From contig NIVC01000192.1 in NCBI GenBank assembly GCA_002269645.1, positions 9,217-73,216 on the forward strand: a stretch of DNA of 64,000 bases, in the 5' to 3' direction. The notes below the pieces were generated by a model that was not told the DNA's origin, ran no database searches, and saw only the letters and a list, made by a program, of their open reading frames with translations. Position numbers and translations under genes: made by a program. The stretch comes from Macrostomum lignano. Lineage: Eukaryota. Shown in pieces: positions 36,558 to 49,200 of the stretch (its first letter is position 1; the number at the start of each line of letters is the position of its first letter).

Positions 36558-36662
36558 AAGTACGCAGCCTTCAGATGCGCCGCGCAATAGCTGCGGCTGA
36601 GCCGTCGGTTGCACATCTGCCCATTGGGGCAGGTGTAATCAATTATTAATTATTAATTAATA
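36558..36662 (+). mobile_element. 5'-truncated tRNA-SINE, family 1
   Basis: 3' 100 bp of the family at 38118-38410 with an (ATTA)-type tail. Confidence 0.8.
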
Positions 36663-37278
36663 TTATGGTTTCTATGCACCTCCGCTTCGGAATCGCTGAA
36701 GACATAGACCTCGCTCGGGAAATCAGATACTTTTAAAAATTGAGTTGATTTCTCAGATTGAATTCTGCGTATTACAGCTTCAGAAGCATCACAGCTCACG
36801 CAAGTCTGGAATCGTGCAGAAAGAAACACCCGGGCGCAATCAACGGTAGAGCCACGAGAGACGAGACTAGTGAAAATTTCGAGTTCTCTCGCCTCCCCAA
36901 ATCTCCTTGACTCGCCTCGTCCGTCCCCTTCGAATTCGAAGGAGAGTCGCCCAACCTCTCTCACTCTCTCCGCTTGATTCGCTCAGACAGATTATGACGC
37001 TCAGGTGCGCGCTGGCGGGACGGGCAAAGGCGAAAAAGACGACTGCGGGGGGGGGTGGCGTGCGGCGTGCGCGATCCCCAAGATTCCGAGCTTCCCTTCC
37101 CAGACGTGCTCGGCCTCTGATGGGGGATTTATTCTCTCGCACGGCTGAGTCACGGTCGGGCGGAATCGGCCAGCAGGGAGGGACGGCAACGCTGAGTTCT
37201 TAGAAGCAGAAAATCGATTCGAATTGAAAACAAAGACTTCCGGGGGAGACGAATTTCTAATCGGATTTCACCGACATC

Positions 37279-40200
37279 ATGCTGATGCTGCTGCTGCTGT
37301 CTGCTGCCGTTGGCTTGTCGACCGCTGCCACTGTTGAAGTCTGGGTGCTGACTCAGGGCGACAACTGCGGCACCGTCAGGGTCAACTCCAGCAGCTTGAT
37401 CATTGGTGGCCTCTTCAACACCACCGCCTCGCTGATGCTGCCGCCAGCTGTCCCAGCCAGCTCGCTGACCGTCCGAGCCGTGCCGCTCACCTGCGACCCG
37501 GTGACCGGCCGGCCCGGCCGCGACTCCCTCGGCGCCGCCGTCGCCGATGTCCTCGCCCGTCGGGAGCCGCTGATCTGGCTGGGCTTTCCAGAGCCCGACC
37601 TCTGCCAGCTCGCCGCCTCGTGGACCGGCGTTGGCGCCGCCAATGCCACCGCCGTGTCGTGGAATTGCGTCGACCCGCCCGCGCCGGCGCTGCCGAGTCT
37701 GGCGCCGTCGCTGACGACGCTGGTCAGCGGCGCTGTGACCCTGCTGAGCCGGTTCCGCTGGCAGGGCCTGGCGGTGCTGTGGCAGTCTGGCTCGGACTAT
37801 TGGCAGCGGGCGGCCTACCAGCTCGGTGCGCAGCTGTCGCTGCTGGACTACGAGATCCCGGCGGCCGCCTTCCTCAGCGTCGGAGCCGACGGAGGGGCCG
37901 CTGCGGACGCGCTGGCCCGGCTAAGACGAGTGGCCAACGTCAAGGGTACAGCGGGCTGTTCGATGGCTGCATTTTGTAGCTGGGCAGAGCAGACCCTTCA
38001 AGCACCAGCTTGACAATACCCTTTTTTATTTTCATTAAAGTACCTCTAGAAGATACCCTCCATATACCCTTCTGTAAATGCCCTTACAACCGATTGGAGA
38101 TAATGTCACTTGCTTGAGGGGGTTATAGCCTAGTGGTTAGTGGAATTGAAGGTCTGGGTTCGATTCCCGTTCCCACTAGAAAATTTGTGTCCTTGAGCAA
38201 GACACAGTTACATTGCTTCAGCTTACCCAGCTGTAAAATGGTTGCCAGCATTAGCTGGGGTAATTGAGGGTGTGTGGCGACCCCCCAGTCCTTGGACTGA
38301 ACAGCCGTACGCAGCCTTCAGATGCGCCGCGCAAATAGCTGCGGCTGAGCTGTCGGTTGCACATCTGGCCCAATTGGGGAAGGTACAGTAATCAATTACT
38401 ATTACTATTGAAGCATCATGCGGATGTACCCTTCTTACACACTTTCAAAGACAGATAACTTCCATAAATACCCTCCATACACTCTCTTTCAAACGACACC
38501 CTTCCTTCAATCACAATGACTTATAAATTTTTACTATTTAGAGCCCATGTCTATGAATCGCTTCGTTAGTAAAAGAAAACAGCTTTAACTGAAAGCAGAG
38601 GCACAGGCGAAAGCACACAGCAAACGCTATAATCCGTGGCTTATCCTGCCCGATCCCTCCTCCCTCATCTTAACCGGCCGAGAGGAGAGCAATTATACCT
38701 GCGCCACCCAAGAGCTCATCGGTAATTAGCCACAGGGAGGTTCAGTCGTCCGTTTGTCCGCTCTGTTAAAAGGAAGCCAGCAATTTCCCGCCTTTTGCTG
38801 CTGCTGCTGCTGCTTTCTCTGCTTCCAGGAGACTCGCTAGCAAGGCCCTTCGCTCGGTTAAGAATCTCAAAAGACAAAATTCGCAACAAGTCGGCGCGAA
38901 CAAGAAGAAGACGAAGCAAGAGAAAAAATTGCGAGCAAACGCGACAAATGAGAAGGCAGAGCTTTGCGCTTCTAATCACGGGTTCCCGGCGGAGGGAGGG
39001 GAGTGGGGGGCGGCGGAAGGGGCACCCGAGCTACAGTTGGAATCCAGTTGCTCATTCGGATATCAAGATGGATACTCTCGCTTGCCTTTGAAATTTATCT
39101 ATCCTTGGCTTGAAATTTATTTCGCCCATAGCAACCAAGCGAAATTTGAGACGACTTGCATAGTAACCGAATTTCCTTTTTAAAACTGGGAGCCCACTGC
39201 TAGCACTGCCTTGCTACATGCCGAATGCATTGCTTCTGTGCATTCAGTTTGCATTGGTACTCATCTGTGAACCTTTTTCACACCGTACGCTCATTAAATA
39301 TCGACTCTCACGGCCGTGTGCTCCAGATATTATTCGGTATTTGAGATTGCAGAGAGTAGATTGGCATTGTTGGCAAAGGAGCAAATGATTAACTTAGAGC
39401 AGGGGTCAGAAAACTCCGGCCCACGAAGCCTCTCTATCCGGCCCTCGGGTACTTTGAAATTTCACAATAGCAATCCGGCCCGCTCAAGGTGTGTCTTTTC
39501 TCAGCCCCTAGTCGAATCTACTCTCTCCTCTCCTCTCCTCTCCTCTCCTCTCCTCTCCTCTCCTCTCCTCTCCTCTCTCCTCTCCTCTGTTCTCCTCTGT
39601 TCTCCTCTCCTCTCCTCTCCTCTCCTCTCCTCTCCTCTCCTCTCCTCTCCTCTCCTCTCCTCTTCCCTCCTCTTCGCTCCTCTCTCTTCTTTCCTCTCCT
39701 CTTCTCCTTTATTCCCTCGCCTCTCCCTTTTCCTATCTCTTTTCTCTATTCCCTCTCCTCTCTTTTCCCTCCTCTGGCCCACAGTAATGCGCTTTGTTTT
39801 CTATCTGGCCTTGAGGTAAAAAATTTCGCCGGTCCCTGACTTAGAGGGTAGAAAAGAACAGGCTTTTTGCAACTTTTAAAGCCACCCGCATCTGGCCCCG
39901 CAGTGGTCATCATGCTGATGGAGACCCCGGCAGCGGTTCGCACTATCCTGGAGACCAGGAGCCTGGGCTACACCGATGCCACCTACATATTTGTGCTAAT
40001 TAGCGACATCTTCCTTCTGCCGGATCTGAAGTTCACCTGGGACAGCCTGATGGCAGCTGGCGGTGATCTGACTGCGTCAGCCGCCGGGTCCCTGGTAATC
40101 CTCGGCGCCCTGCCCGCCGGCGCCAATGCGAGCGCCGTCTCCACTGACGGACGGGTCGGACAGGTGAGCCTCGGAGCAGCTGCTGGTTTGGCAGTTCGGG

Positions 40201-43200
40201 ATAGGAGGGAGTGAATTGAAACAGAAGATGGATCGAGAGGAATTAAGGGGAAGGGAGGGATCGAGAAGGGAATGGATTGAGAGGGGAAGGGATCGATGGG
40301 GAAGGGATCGATGGGGAAGGGATCGATGGGGAAGGAATCGATGGGGAAGAGATCGATGGGGAAGGGATCGATGGGGAAGGGATCGATCGGGAAGGGATCG
40401 ATGGGGAAGGGATCGATGGGGAAGGGATCGATGTGGAAGAGATCGAGAGGAGAAGGGATCGATGGGGAAGGGATCGAGAGGAGAAGGGATCGATGGGGAA
40501 GGGATCGATGGGGAAGGGATCGATGGGGAAGGGATCGATGGGGAAGGGATCGATGGGGAAGGGATCGAGAGGAGAAGGGATCGATGGGGAAGGGATCGAT
40601 GGGGAAGGGATCGAGAGGAGAAGGGATCGAGAGGGGAAGGGATCGAGAGGGGAAGGGATCGAGAGGGGAAGGGATCGAGAGGGGAAGGGATCGAGAGGGG
40701 AAGGGATCGAGAGGGGAAGGGATCGAGAGAGGAAGGATCGAGAGGAGAAAGGATCGAGAGGGGAAGGGATCGAGAGGGGAAGGGATCGAGAGGGGAAGGG
40801 ATCGAGAGAGGAAGGATCGAGAGGGGAAGGGATCGATGGGGAAGGGATCGAGAGGGGAAGGGATTGATGGGGAAGGGATCGAGAGGGGAAGAATCGAGAG
40901 GAGAAGGGATTGATGGGGAAGGGATCGATGGGGAAGGGATCGAGAGGAGAAGGGATCGAGAGGGGAAGGGATCGAGAGGGGAAGGGATCGAGAGGGGAAG
41001 GGATTGATGGGGAAGGGATCGATGGGGAAGGGATCGAGAGGAGAAGGGATCGAGAGGGGAAGGGATCGAGAGGGGAAGGGATTGATGGGGAAGGGATCGA
41101 TGGGGAAGGGATCGAGAGGAGAAGGGATCGAGAGGGGAAGGATTGCGGAAAGGTCCTTGGAGCCTCGTGAGCGAGCATGTCACATCTGAAGGTCATCAAA
41201 GGTATGTAGTCAATCGCAATAAAAAGAGAGTTGCTCACTTTCGCGATTCCAGCAGGTGCACTTCGGCATGCAGACCAGCGTAGCCTGGACCGCCTTGGCC
41301 AGCGCATCGCCGAGCTTTCCAGCTGTCGGCACCTTCGTCAACCTGACTGTTCCTCTGGCGAACTCCAGCTCCTTCGACCAGCTGGTCATTGACTCCGACG
41401 GTCAAGCGCTCCTAGACCTTGTGCTGCTAGATTACTGGCCTACCCGGAACCAGTTCATGCCAGTGCTCACCATTAACTGGCCTGCGTACAACTCAGTGCA
41501 GGCTTTGGCTAGCGAGCTGGGCGCTGTGCCGGGCGAGGACTCGTGCTTCCTCTCTGTTTGCCCGGAACCGGAAGTGGCGGGTAAGCCTGTGCCTTATTGA
41601 GCTACCTGTTCTAAGCCAAATTGGCTCGTACTCCTCATATTCCTACCCCACTACCGACAAACCCACTCCCCTCATTCCTACCCCACTATCGACAACCCCA
41701 CTCCTCGCATTCCTACCCCACTAGCGACAACCCCACTCCTCGCATTCCTACCCCACTACCGACAACCCCACTCCCCTCATTCCTACACCACTACCGACAA
41801 CCCCACTCCCCTCATTCCTACACCACTACCGACAATCCCACTCCCCTCATTCCTACCCCACTACCGACAACCCCACTCCCTCATTCCTACCCCACTACCG
41901 ACAACCCCACTCCCCTCATTCCTACACCACTACCGACAACCCCACTCCCCACATTCCTACCCCACTACCGACAACCCCACTCCTCGCATTCCTACCCCAC
42001 TACCGACAACCCCACTCCCCACATTCCTACCCCACTACCGACAACCCCACTCCCCACATTCCTACCCCACTACCGACAATTCCACTCCTTGCATTCCTAC
42101 CCCACTACCGACAATTCCAATCCTTGCATTCCTACCCAAGTACCGACAACCTACTCCCGTGATTATAAATGTACAGAATTATTCTAGATTGCTCTATTGC
42201 AAACTTATTTTGAAGGAACGGAACAGACAAATATTCAAGCAATTTCATCTGGTGCCTTTACCGATTCTAAATGCGTGATGAGTGATTAAATCAGCCAAGT
42301 CCCGCCTTTGACTCCCAGGTGGATTTACGGCAATGCACGGCGTGATTCTCCTGGCTTCGCTCCTCTTCGTTGCCGGCGCCGGATTTGTTATTTTCCTGCT
42401 GGTCAGGTGAGCCAAACATCCAAGGTGGGGCTTGTGGGATCCGACAGAGCTCAGGTGCGTAACGGCTTAAACACTAGCACTGCTTTCGCTGGAAAACCAT
42501 CATCATCATCAAGAGCCTAATTCTTGATTTCTTGAGTCCATCGCGTGCTCCGAGACGTTAAAAGGGCGGATGAAGATATCAAAACTGAAGCAACTAATGC
42601 AGGCAGACAGAAATCCGATTTTCGGGCTCCGGGCGGTGCTCGGGGGCCTCGCTTTTTAGTTTTGAATCTGCATTATGAACTAAAGATCGCTAATCTGATG
42701 AGGAACGGGAAAATCCCTTTTTTGCAAACCTTCTCCAGGCGATACCAAAGCCGGAAGGAGCTGGCCAAGGGGCCCAACAAGATGCTGCTCTATCCCATGG
42801 ATGTGGAGTTCCAGAAGAACCGAATCAACAAGAGCGTTCCGGTGAGCATTGGTTTGAGACTGTTCGGCCATTAATTGATTTGAAATATGTTGCTGCATGC
42901 ATCAAATGCTGAGGGCTGTGGTACCCTGTTCTACTGCAGCCCAGAGCTGCTACCAAGGACCACTGTAGTATAACAGTACGTAAAACTCAAAGAGTATGCA
43001 ATTTTTAGGAGGCCGATTTCCTAGAAAAGTACACTGCGGAGATAAGAAAAAATCATTTTATTCATCAAAAATCAATGATTGCATTTGAACTGGGGCTGAG
43101 AAAGCTACCTTTTCTTAATTTAGCATGCACAACATGTTACTCTGTTGTACTCGTATTTTATATAGTCGTGTAGTGAAAGTTTCATTTTCATATTGTTTTC

Positions 43201-46200
43201 TAGCTATTTCATAAGCCCCAGCTAAATTTGTAAATACTCACAAGTGAAATTTGCGTTCTTGGCTTCAAAATTGATAGATATCGAAAAAGTCAACAATGAG
43301 AAAAGATAATTGGTAAACGTTGTCTACATAAAATTATTTAGACAAACAAAAATTTAATTATTTAAGGGCTTGTCTAGACAGGTCTAGGAATACCTAAACA
43401 TATGCATTTGAATGGAACTATACCTACAATAATGCCTAAATTAAAAAAGTAATCTTCACTGCCCCAAATCAAATGCAAAATCTTTGATTTTGTGATGAAA
43501 AAAATGACAAATGATTTTTCCTATCTCCTTAATGTATTTTTTTCAAGGAAATCGGCCTCCTTAAACTTACACACTCTTTGAGTTTTACGTCCTGTTATTC
43601 TACAGTGGTCCTTGGCTGATGAACGCTAAACGCTAAATAAACGCTGATTTTTGCAGAGTCTGAAGGCGGCGGACGTCACAGTGGCAGAGGTGGCCCTGCC
43701 AGGACTGCTGCAGAACCAAAACCACCAGGCTGAGACGCTCCGGAACGCTGTGGCCGAGAGGCGCTCGCTGAAGAGCCCGACCAGCGAGAACGAGGCCACG
43801 GACTCCAACACTGCGAAGTACAATGTGAGAGCTCCCTTTAATACTTTTAACGCACCGTGTAGGGCACTGATAAAGCTTGTGCATTTACTATCTATTCTTC
43901 ATTTTCAGGGAGATTTCATTCACGTTAGCTACCTGCAGTTGCCCGGTCACTCTGTGAAGAGCCGAATGATGTCGTACATTCGGATGCTGAGAGAAATCCG
44001 CAACGAAAATGTCAATCCGTTTGTTGGCTTACTGGTTGACATGGAGTACCTGGCCATGGTTTGGGATCACTGCACCAGGGGTAGCCTGAAGGTGCGTTTT
44101 GACAAACAATATTTGATAATAATGAACAATTGATTACACCTGCCCCAATTGGGCCTTATGTGCAACCGACAGCTCAGCCGCAGCTATCGCGCGGCGCATC
44201 TGAAGGCTGCGTACGGCTGTTCAGTCCAAGGACTGGGGGGTCGCCACACACACCCTCAATTACCCCAGCTAATGCTGGCACCCATTTTACAGCTGGGTTA
44301 ACTGAAGCAATGCAGAGTTATATCTTGTTCAAGGACACAAATTATTCCAATAAGATCGGGAATCGAACTCCCGACCTTCCAGTCGTAAGTCCGACGCTCT
44401 CACCACTAGGGTACAACCGCCGCAAACAAGCATACATGTGCATTAGTTGAACCAGTAGCTCTCAGTGATCAAAATCTCTCAACTCTCTCGCCTCCCAGGA
44501 CATCATCAACAACCCATCGGTGAATCTTGACTGGGAGTTCAAGCTGTCACTGCTAACGGATTTGGTCAGGGTGAGTCTTGTTGTCCATGGTAAATCTGGT
44601 AAAGCTATTCACTTCTGCTCTTTGTAAGGTAAAAAGATGCTGATCTCTCTTTCAGGGCCTTCGCTACCTGCACCACAGTCCCGTGTCAGTGCACGGAAGC
44701 CTCAACTCCAGCAACTGCGTAGTGGACGGGCGCTGGGTGCTGAAGCTGACTGACTACGGCCTAAATCAGGTGTACAACATCTACAACCATCGGCCGCAGC
44801 TTACTGACGAGCAGATGCTCTGGACGGCTCCTGAGCTGCTTCGCGAGCCGCCACCGCCCACCGGCACGCATCCGGGCTCGCAGAAGGCCGACGTCTACGC
44901 GTTCGCCATCGTCATGCAGGAGATCATCACGCGGGACTCGCCCTTCGGCATGATGGGCATGTCGGCCGAAGAGATTCTTCGTAAAGTGCGCAAGCCTCCG
45001 CCGCTTTGCCGACCGCAGGTCACTCAAAGCGAGGCGCCGCCAGCCTATATTCAGGTAAAATTGACGATGCCTCAAAACACCTGTGACTGGAGACACGTGT
45101 GTCTCGTAAAGCTCTTTTGTCTAAGCACCAGAAAGCGTCAATACGCTGTCTTGTTTTTGTCTCATCCAGGTGTTAAAACAGGCCTGGGCTGAGAATCCAG
45201 AGATGCGGCCAGACATGGACTCAGTCTACCAGACATTCAAGAGTCTCCTGCAGGGACGCAAGATGAACATCGTGGACCACATGTTCAAAATGATGGAGAA
45301 GTACTCGGCAGATTTGGAGGAGACTGTGCGGGAAAGAACAACGGAACTTGAGGTTGAAAAAAAGAAGACCGAGATGCTGATTGCTCGAATGCTACCAAAG
45401 TAAGTTTTCCGCTTCCAGATTACATGAGCATCCTGCTGTCCCAGTAGCCAAGTATCCCGCTGTTCCATTAGCCAAGTATCCCGCTGTTCCATTAGCCAAG
45501 TATCCTGCTGTTCCATTAGCCAAGCATCCTGCTGTTCAATTAGCCAAGTATCCTGCTGTTCCATTAGCCAGGTGTCCTGCTGTTCCATTAGCCAAGTATC
45601 CCGCTGTTCCATTAGCCAAGTATCCTGCTGTTCCATTAGCCAAGCATCCTGCTGTTCAATTAGCCAAGTATCCTGCTGTTCCATTAGCCAGGTGTCCTGC
45701 TGTTCAATTAGCCAAGTATCCTGCTGTTCCATTAGCCAAGTATCCCGCTGTTCCATTAGCCAAGTATCCTGCTGTTCCATTAGCCAAGCATCCTGCTGTT
45801 CAATTAGCCAAGCATCCTGCTGTTCCATTAGCCAAGTATCCTGCTGTTCCATTAGCCAAGTATCCTGCTGTTCCATTAGCCAAGTATCCCGCTGTTCAAT
45901 TAGCCAAGTATCCTGCTGTTCCATTAGCCAAGTATCCTGCTGTTCAATTAGCCAAGTATCCCGCTGTTCCATTAGCCAAGTATCCCGCTGTTCCATTAGC
46001 TAAGTATTCCGCTGTTCCATTAGCCAAATATCCTGCTGTCCCAGTTAGCCAAGTATCCTGCTGTTCCATTAGCCAAGTATCCCGCTGTTCCATTAGCCAA
46101 GTATCCCTCTGTTCCATTAGCCAGGTGTCCTGCTGTTCCATTAGCCAAGTATCCCGCTGTTCCATTAGCCAGGTGTCCCGCTGTTCCATTAGCCAAGCAT

Positions 46201-49200
46201 CCTGCTGTTCCATTAGCCAAGTATCCTGCTGTTCAATTAGCCAAGTATCCCGCTGTTCCATTAGCCAAGTATCCCGCTGTTCCATTAGCCAAATATCCTG
46301 CTGTCCCAGTTAGCCAAGTATCCCGCTGTTCCATTAGCCAAGTATCCCTCTGTTCCATTAGCCAGGTGTCCTGCTGTTCCATTAGCCAAGTATCCCGCTG
46401 TTCCATTAGCCAAGTATCCCTCTGTTCCATTAGCCAGGTGTCCTGCTGTTCCATTAGCCAAGTATCCCGCTGTTCAATTAGCCAAGTATCCCGCTGTTCA
46501 ATTAGCCAAGTATCCTGCTGTTCCATTAGCCAAGTATCCTGCTGTCCCAGTTAGCCAAGTAATCCGTTGTTCCATTAGCCAAGTATCCTGCTGTTCCATT
46601 AGCCAAGTAATCCGTTGTTCCATTAGCCAAGTATCCTGCTGCCTCAGTAGCCTGTTGTTGTTAGCAGACTGCTGTCTAGTAACTAAGTATTGAGATTTTT
46701 TAATAAAAATATCAGGTAAATCTCAATCAGCCATGAAATACTGGTGAGGGTTCATTGAGTACCCTGACTGTACAGTAGTAGAGTTAAGCATTCATAGTTG
46801 CCCAATTAATTAGGATATCTGTCTGAACTCCAATTGTTTATTGAACTATCGAACAAAGGGGTGGGACGCACCTGTGAACTCACGATTCTCCTAACCTTCA
46901 CTCCTCTTTCACTTCCTCAGTATTTTTTCTTGAAAAGTGTAAAAAAAAACACTGGCGAAAGAAAACAGACATCGAATATTTGAGGCCTATATTTTTAATT
47001 AACTCTATCCTTACCTGACGACCTTGAGACAGCAAAAATTTTTCCCGTTGACCATCGTGAGAATCAGTGTTCAAGATGAATTTTGCTACGTGGGATGCAA
47101 GCCGTCTCTCCCCCCCCCTTGCCAGTCGCTCTGTTTGTTTCTGTACTGGCCAGCCAGCACCACCCCCGCTAGATCGGACGAATGCACGATGCATCAGCCC
47201 GAGCTCTACACTGCCAGCTTAATCAGTTCAGGAAGGCTTTGAGCGGGCGATCGGCCTGTCCGTTTTGATAGCGCTGGGCAGGTGCTGGCTTGAACGGCAG
47301 GAGAGAACTCGCAGTTTGATTTCCGGCCCCAGTTATGAAATAGAAACCGGGATCGAGTCGTTTAACATTCCCCCATCAGCGAGTACAGAGACTGAGTCGG
47401 CTAAACTGCAGCAGGTCGAAATTTAGCCTTGCTTTTTAAACTAGCGTATGCGTCTCCAGCTAATTAGTGCATCTACTATCCTATTAGAGATTCCCAGTAT
47501 AAACTCGTTACAGAAACTTTCGCATTGCCCGAGCTCTTTAACTCAAAGAGTTCCTCAGTCCACTAGCCATGGTCATTAGCCGTTGGACTGACGAATAAGT
47601 AGAATAAGCCTGCAAGGAGTGTAGGATCACGGCCCTAGGCGAAGGCGCTGGAGATGCAACGCACGAGGTGACGCGTAGTGGCTTATATGGCTGTGAGGCT
47701 GGCAGAGAGGAGGGAGGACGTCAGTAGCGAGGAAGATTAGAGCGCCACGGCGAAGCGCGGACGAGCAGCGCCTCTCGCCTTGAAATTTGAGCCGGGCAAA
47801 GAAGGAAAAGGCACGACCAGAGGATGGAAGATAGCTCAGTGAGGACGAAGAGGAACTCCTAACTGACTGAGATCGGGAGAGTAGTTGCGAACCTGCTAAT
47901 TACCAGGCGAAGCGAGAGGTGCTTATGCTTAGTGACTTTCGCCAGCAGCTAAGAAGTTGCAGCTGGATGGGATGAAGCAAACGAGGGGAAAATTATCAAG
48001 TAAAAATCTTTTCCCTTGACTGATTAAACCGCTCATTTCTGCATCCCATGATGCCATTGTCCAGCCGAATGCTGCAAAACACTTTGTTGGACAGAAACTC
48101 AGAAACCTGTCACAAACCGCCACCACTCCGATCTCGCGCAGAATCGTGGCGAAAAGCCTCATGGAGGGCCAGGCTGTGGAACCGGAGGAGTTCGACGAGG
48201 TGACCATCTACTTCAGCGACATCGTCGGCTTCACAACAATCTCGGCGCTGAGCACGCCACTGCAGGTGGTTGACCTGCTCAACGATCTGTACACAATGTT
48301 CGACGAGACCTTGGAGGAGTACGATGTGTACAAGGTAATCAAGTACGCTAGGGGGGCAACTTGTTTGTAACCACCTCTTTGTCTTGCACCTCTTGCACCT
48401 CTTTGCACTGGTGCATTTTTCTCAAAACCAATGTATCTTTAGACAGTCTTCCTACTGAGCGAAGTAACTTGATCAGTCAGTTTTAGCCAGCTGTTCTGCG
48501 CCCTGTCTGACTAACCCAGATACGCTTTATAACTCTAAGGCTTTACTGTAATACTTCAGTTGACCTTGAAGTTTTCTTGAAGTGAGACTCATTTTAAACT
48601 CTGCTTCAGACCATACGGAGTCGAAGCCATTCTCAAACAGCAGCCAAATAACTTTTTAGAGAACTTTTTTGCGCTAGCATGGATATACTCGTACAAAGTT
48701 GAAGTTCAGGTGTTTCTGTGTTCTAAACGTATTACTTTTCAAGTTGTTTCGAACTGAATGAAAGTTCATTAGCAATTTGACGATCATTATTCACATTTTT
48801 AATGCAGAACAATCCATTACTACAAACAATGCATTGTCTGTAGGATCGTCATTACTACAAACAATGCATTGTCTGTAGGATCGTCATTACTACAAACAAT
48901 GCATTGTCTGTAGGATCGTCATTACTACAAACAATGCATTGTCTGTAGGATCGTCAAACAGAAAAACAATGCAAAGAATCAGCGGTCGCAGCACGTGACA
49001 ACGATTGTCTGGCGAGCGCCGGATTTATCCATTGCTTCTCACTTTCTGTAGGATACCTAAAAGAGTAAAAAAGCTAAATCATCGTCACAAATTTAATTCT
49101 GCATGATGACGTTTTCAAGTACGACTTGAAGTAGTTTCAAGTAATAACACAGGTCGTCACACCGTTGAATATTGGCAAATTTCGAAAAGACCGATTGGAT

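Noticed and set aside
40077-46554. GEGID, PLPTT and YPAVPLAK repeat ORFs
   Set aside because: They are intronic minisatellites of the guanylyl cyclase, whose real exons splice around them in phase.
47620-47998. Possible solo LTR (TG...CA, GC-rich)
   Set aside because: No TSD and no second copy in the window, so the boundaries could be chance dinucleotides.
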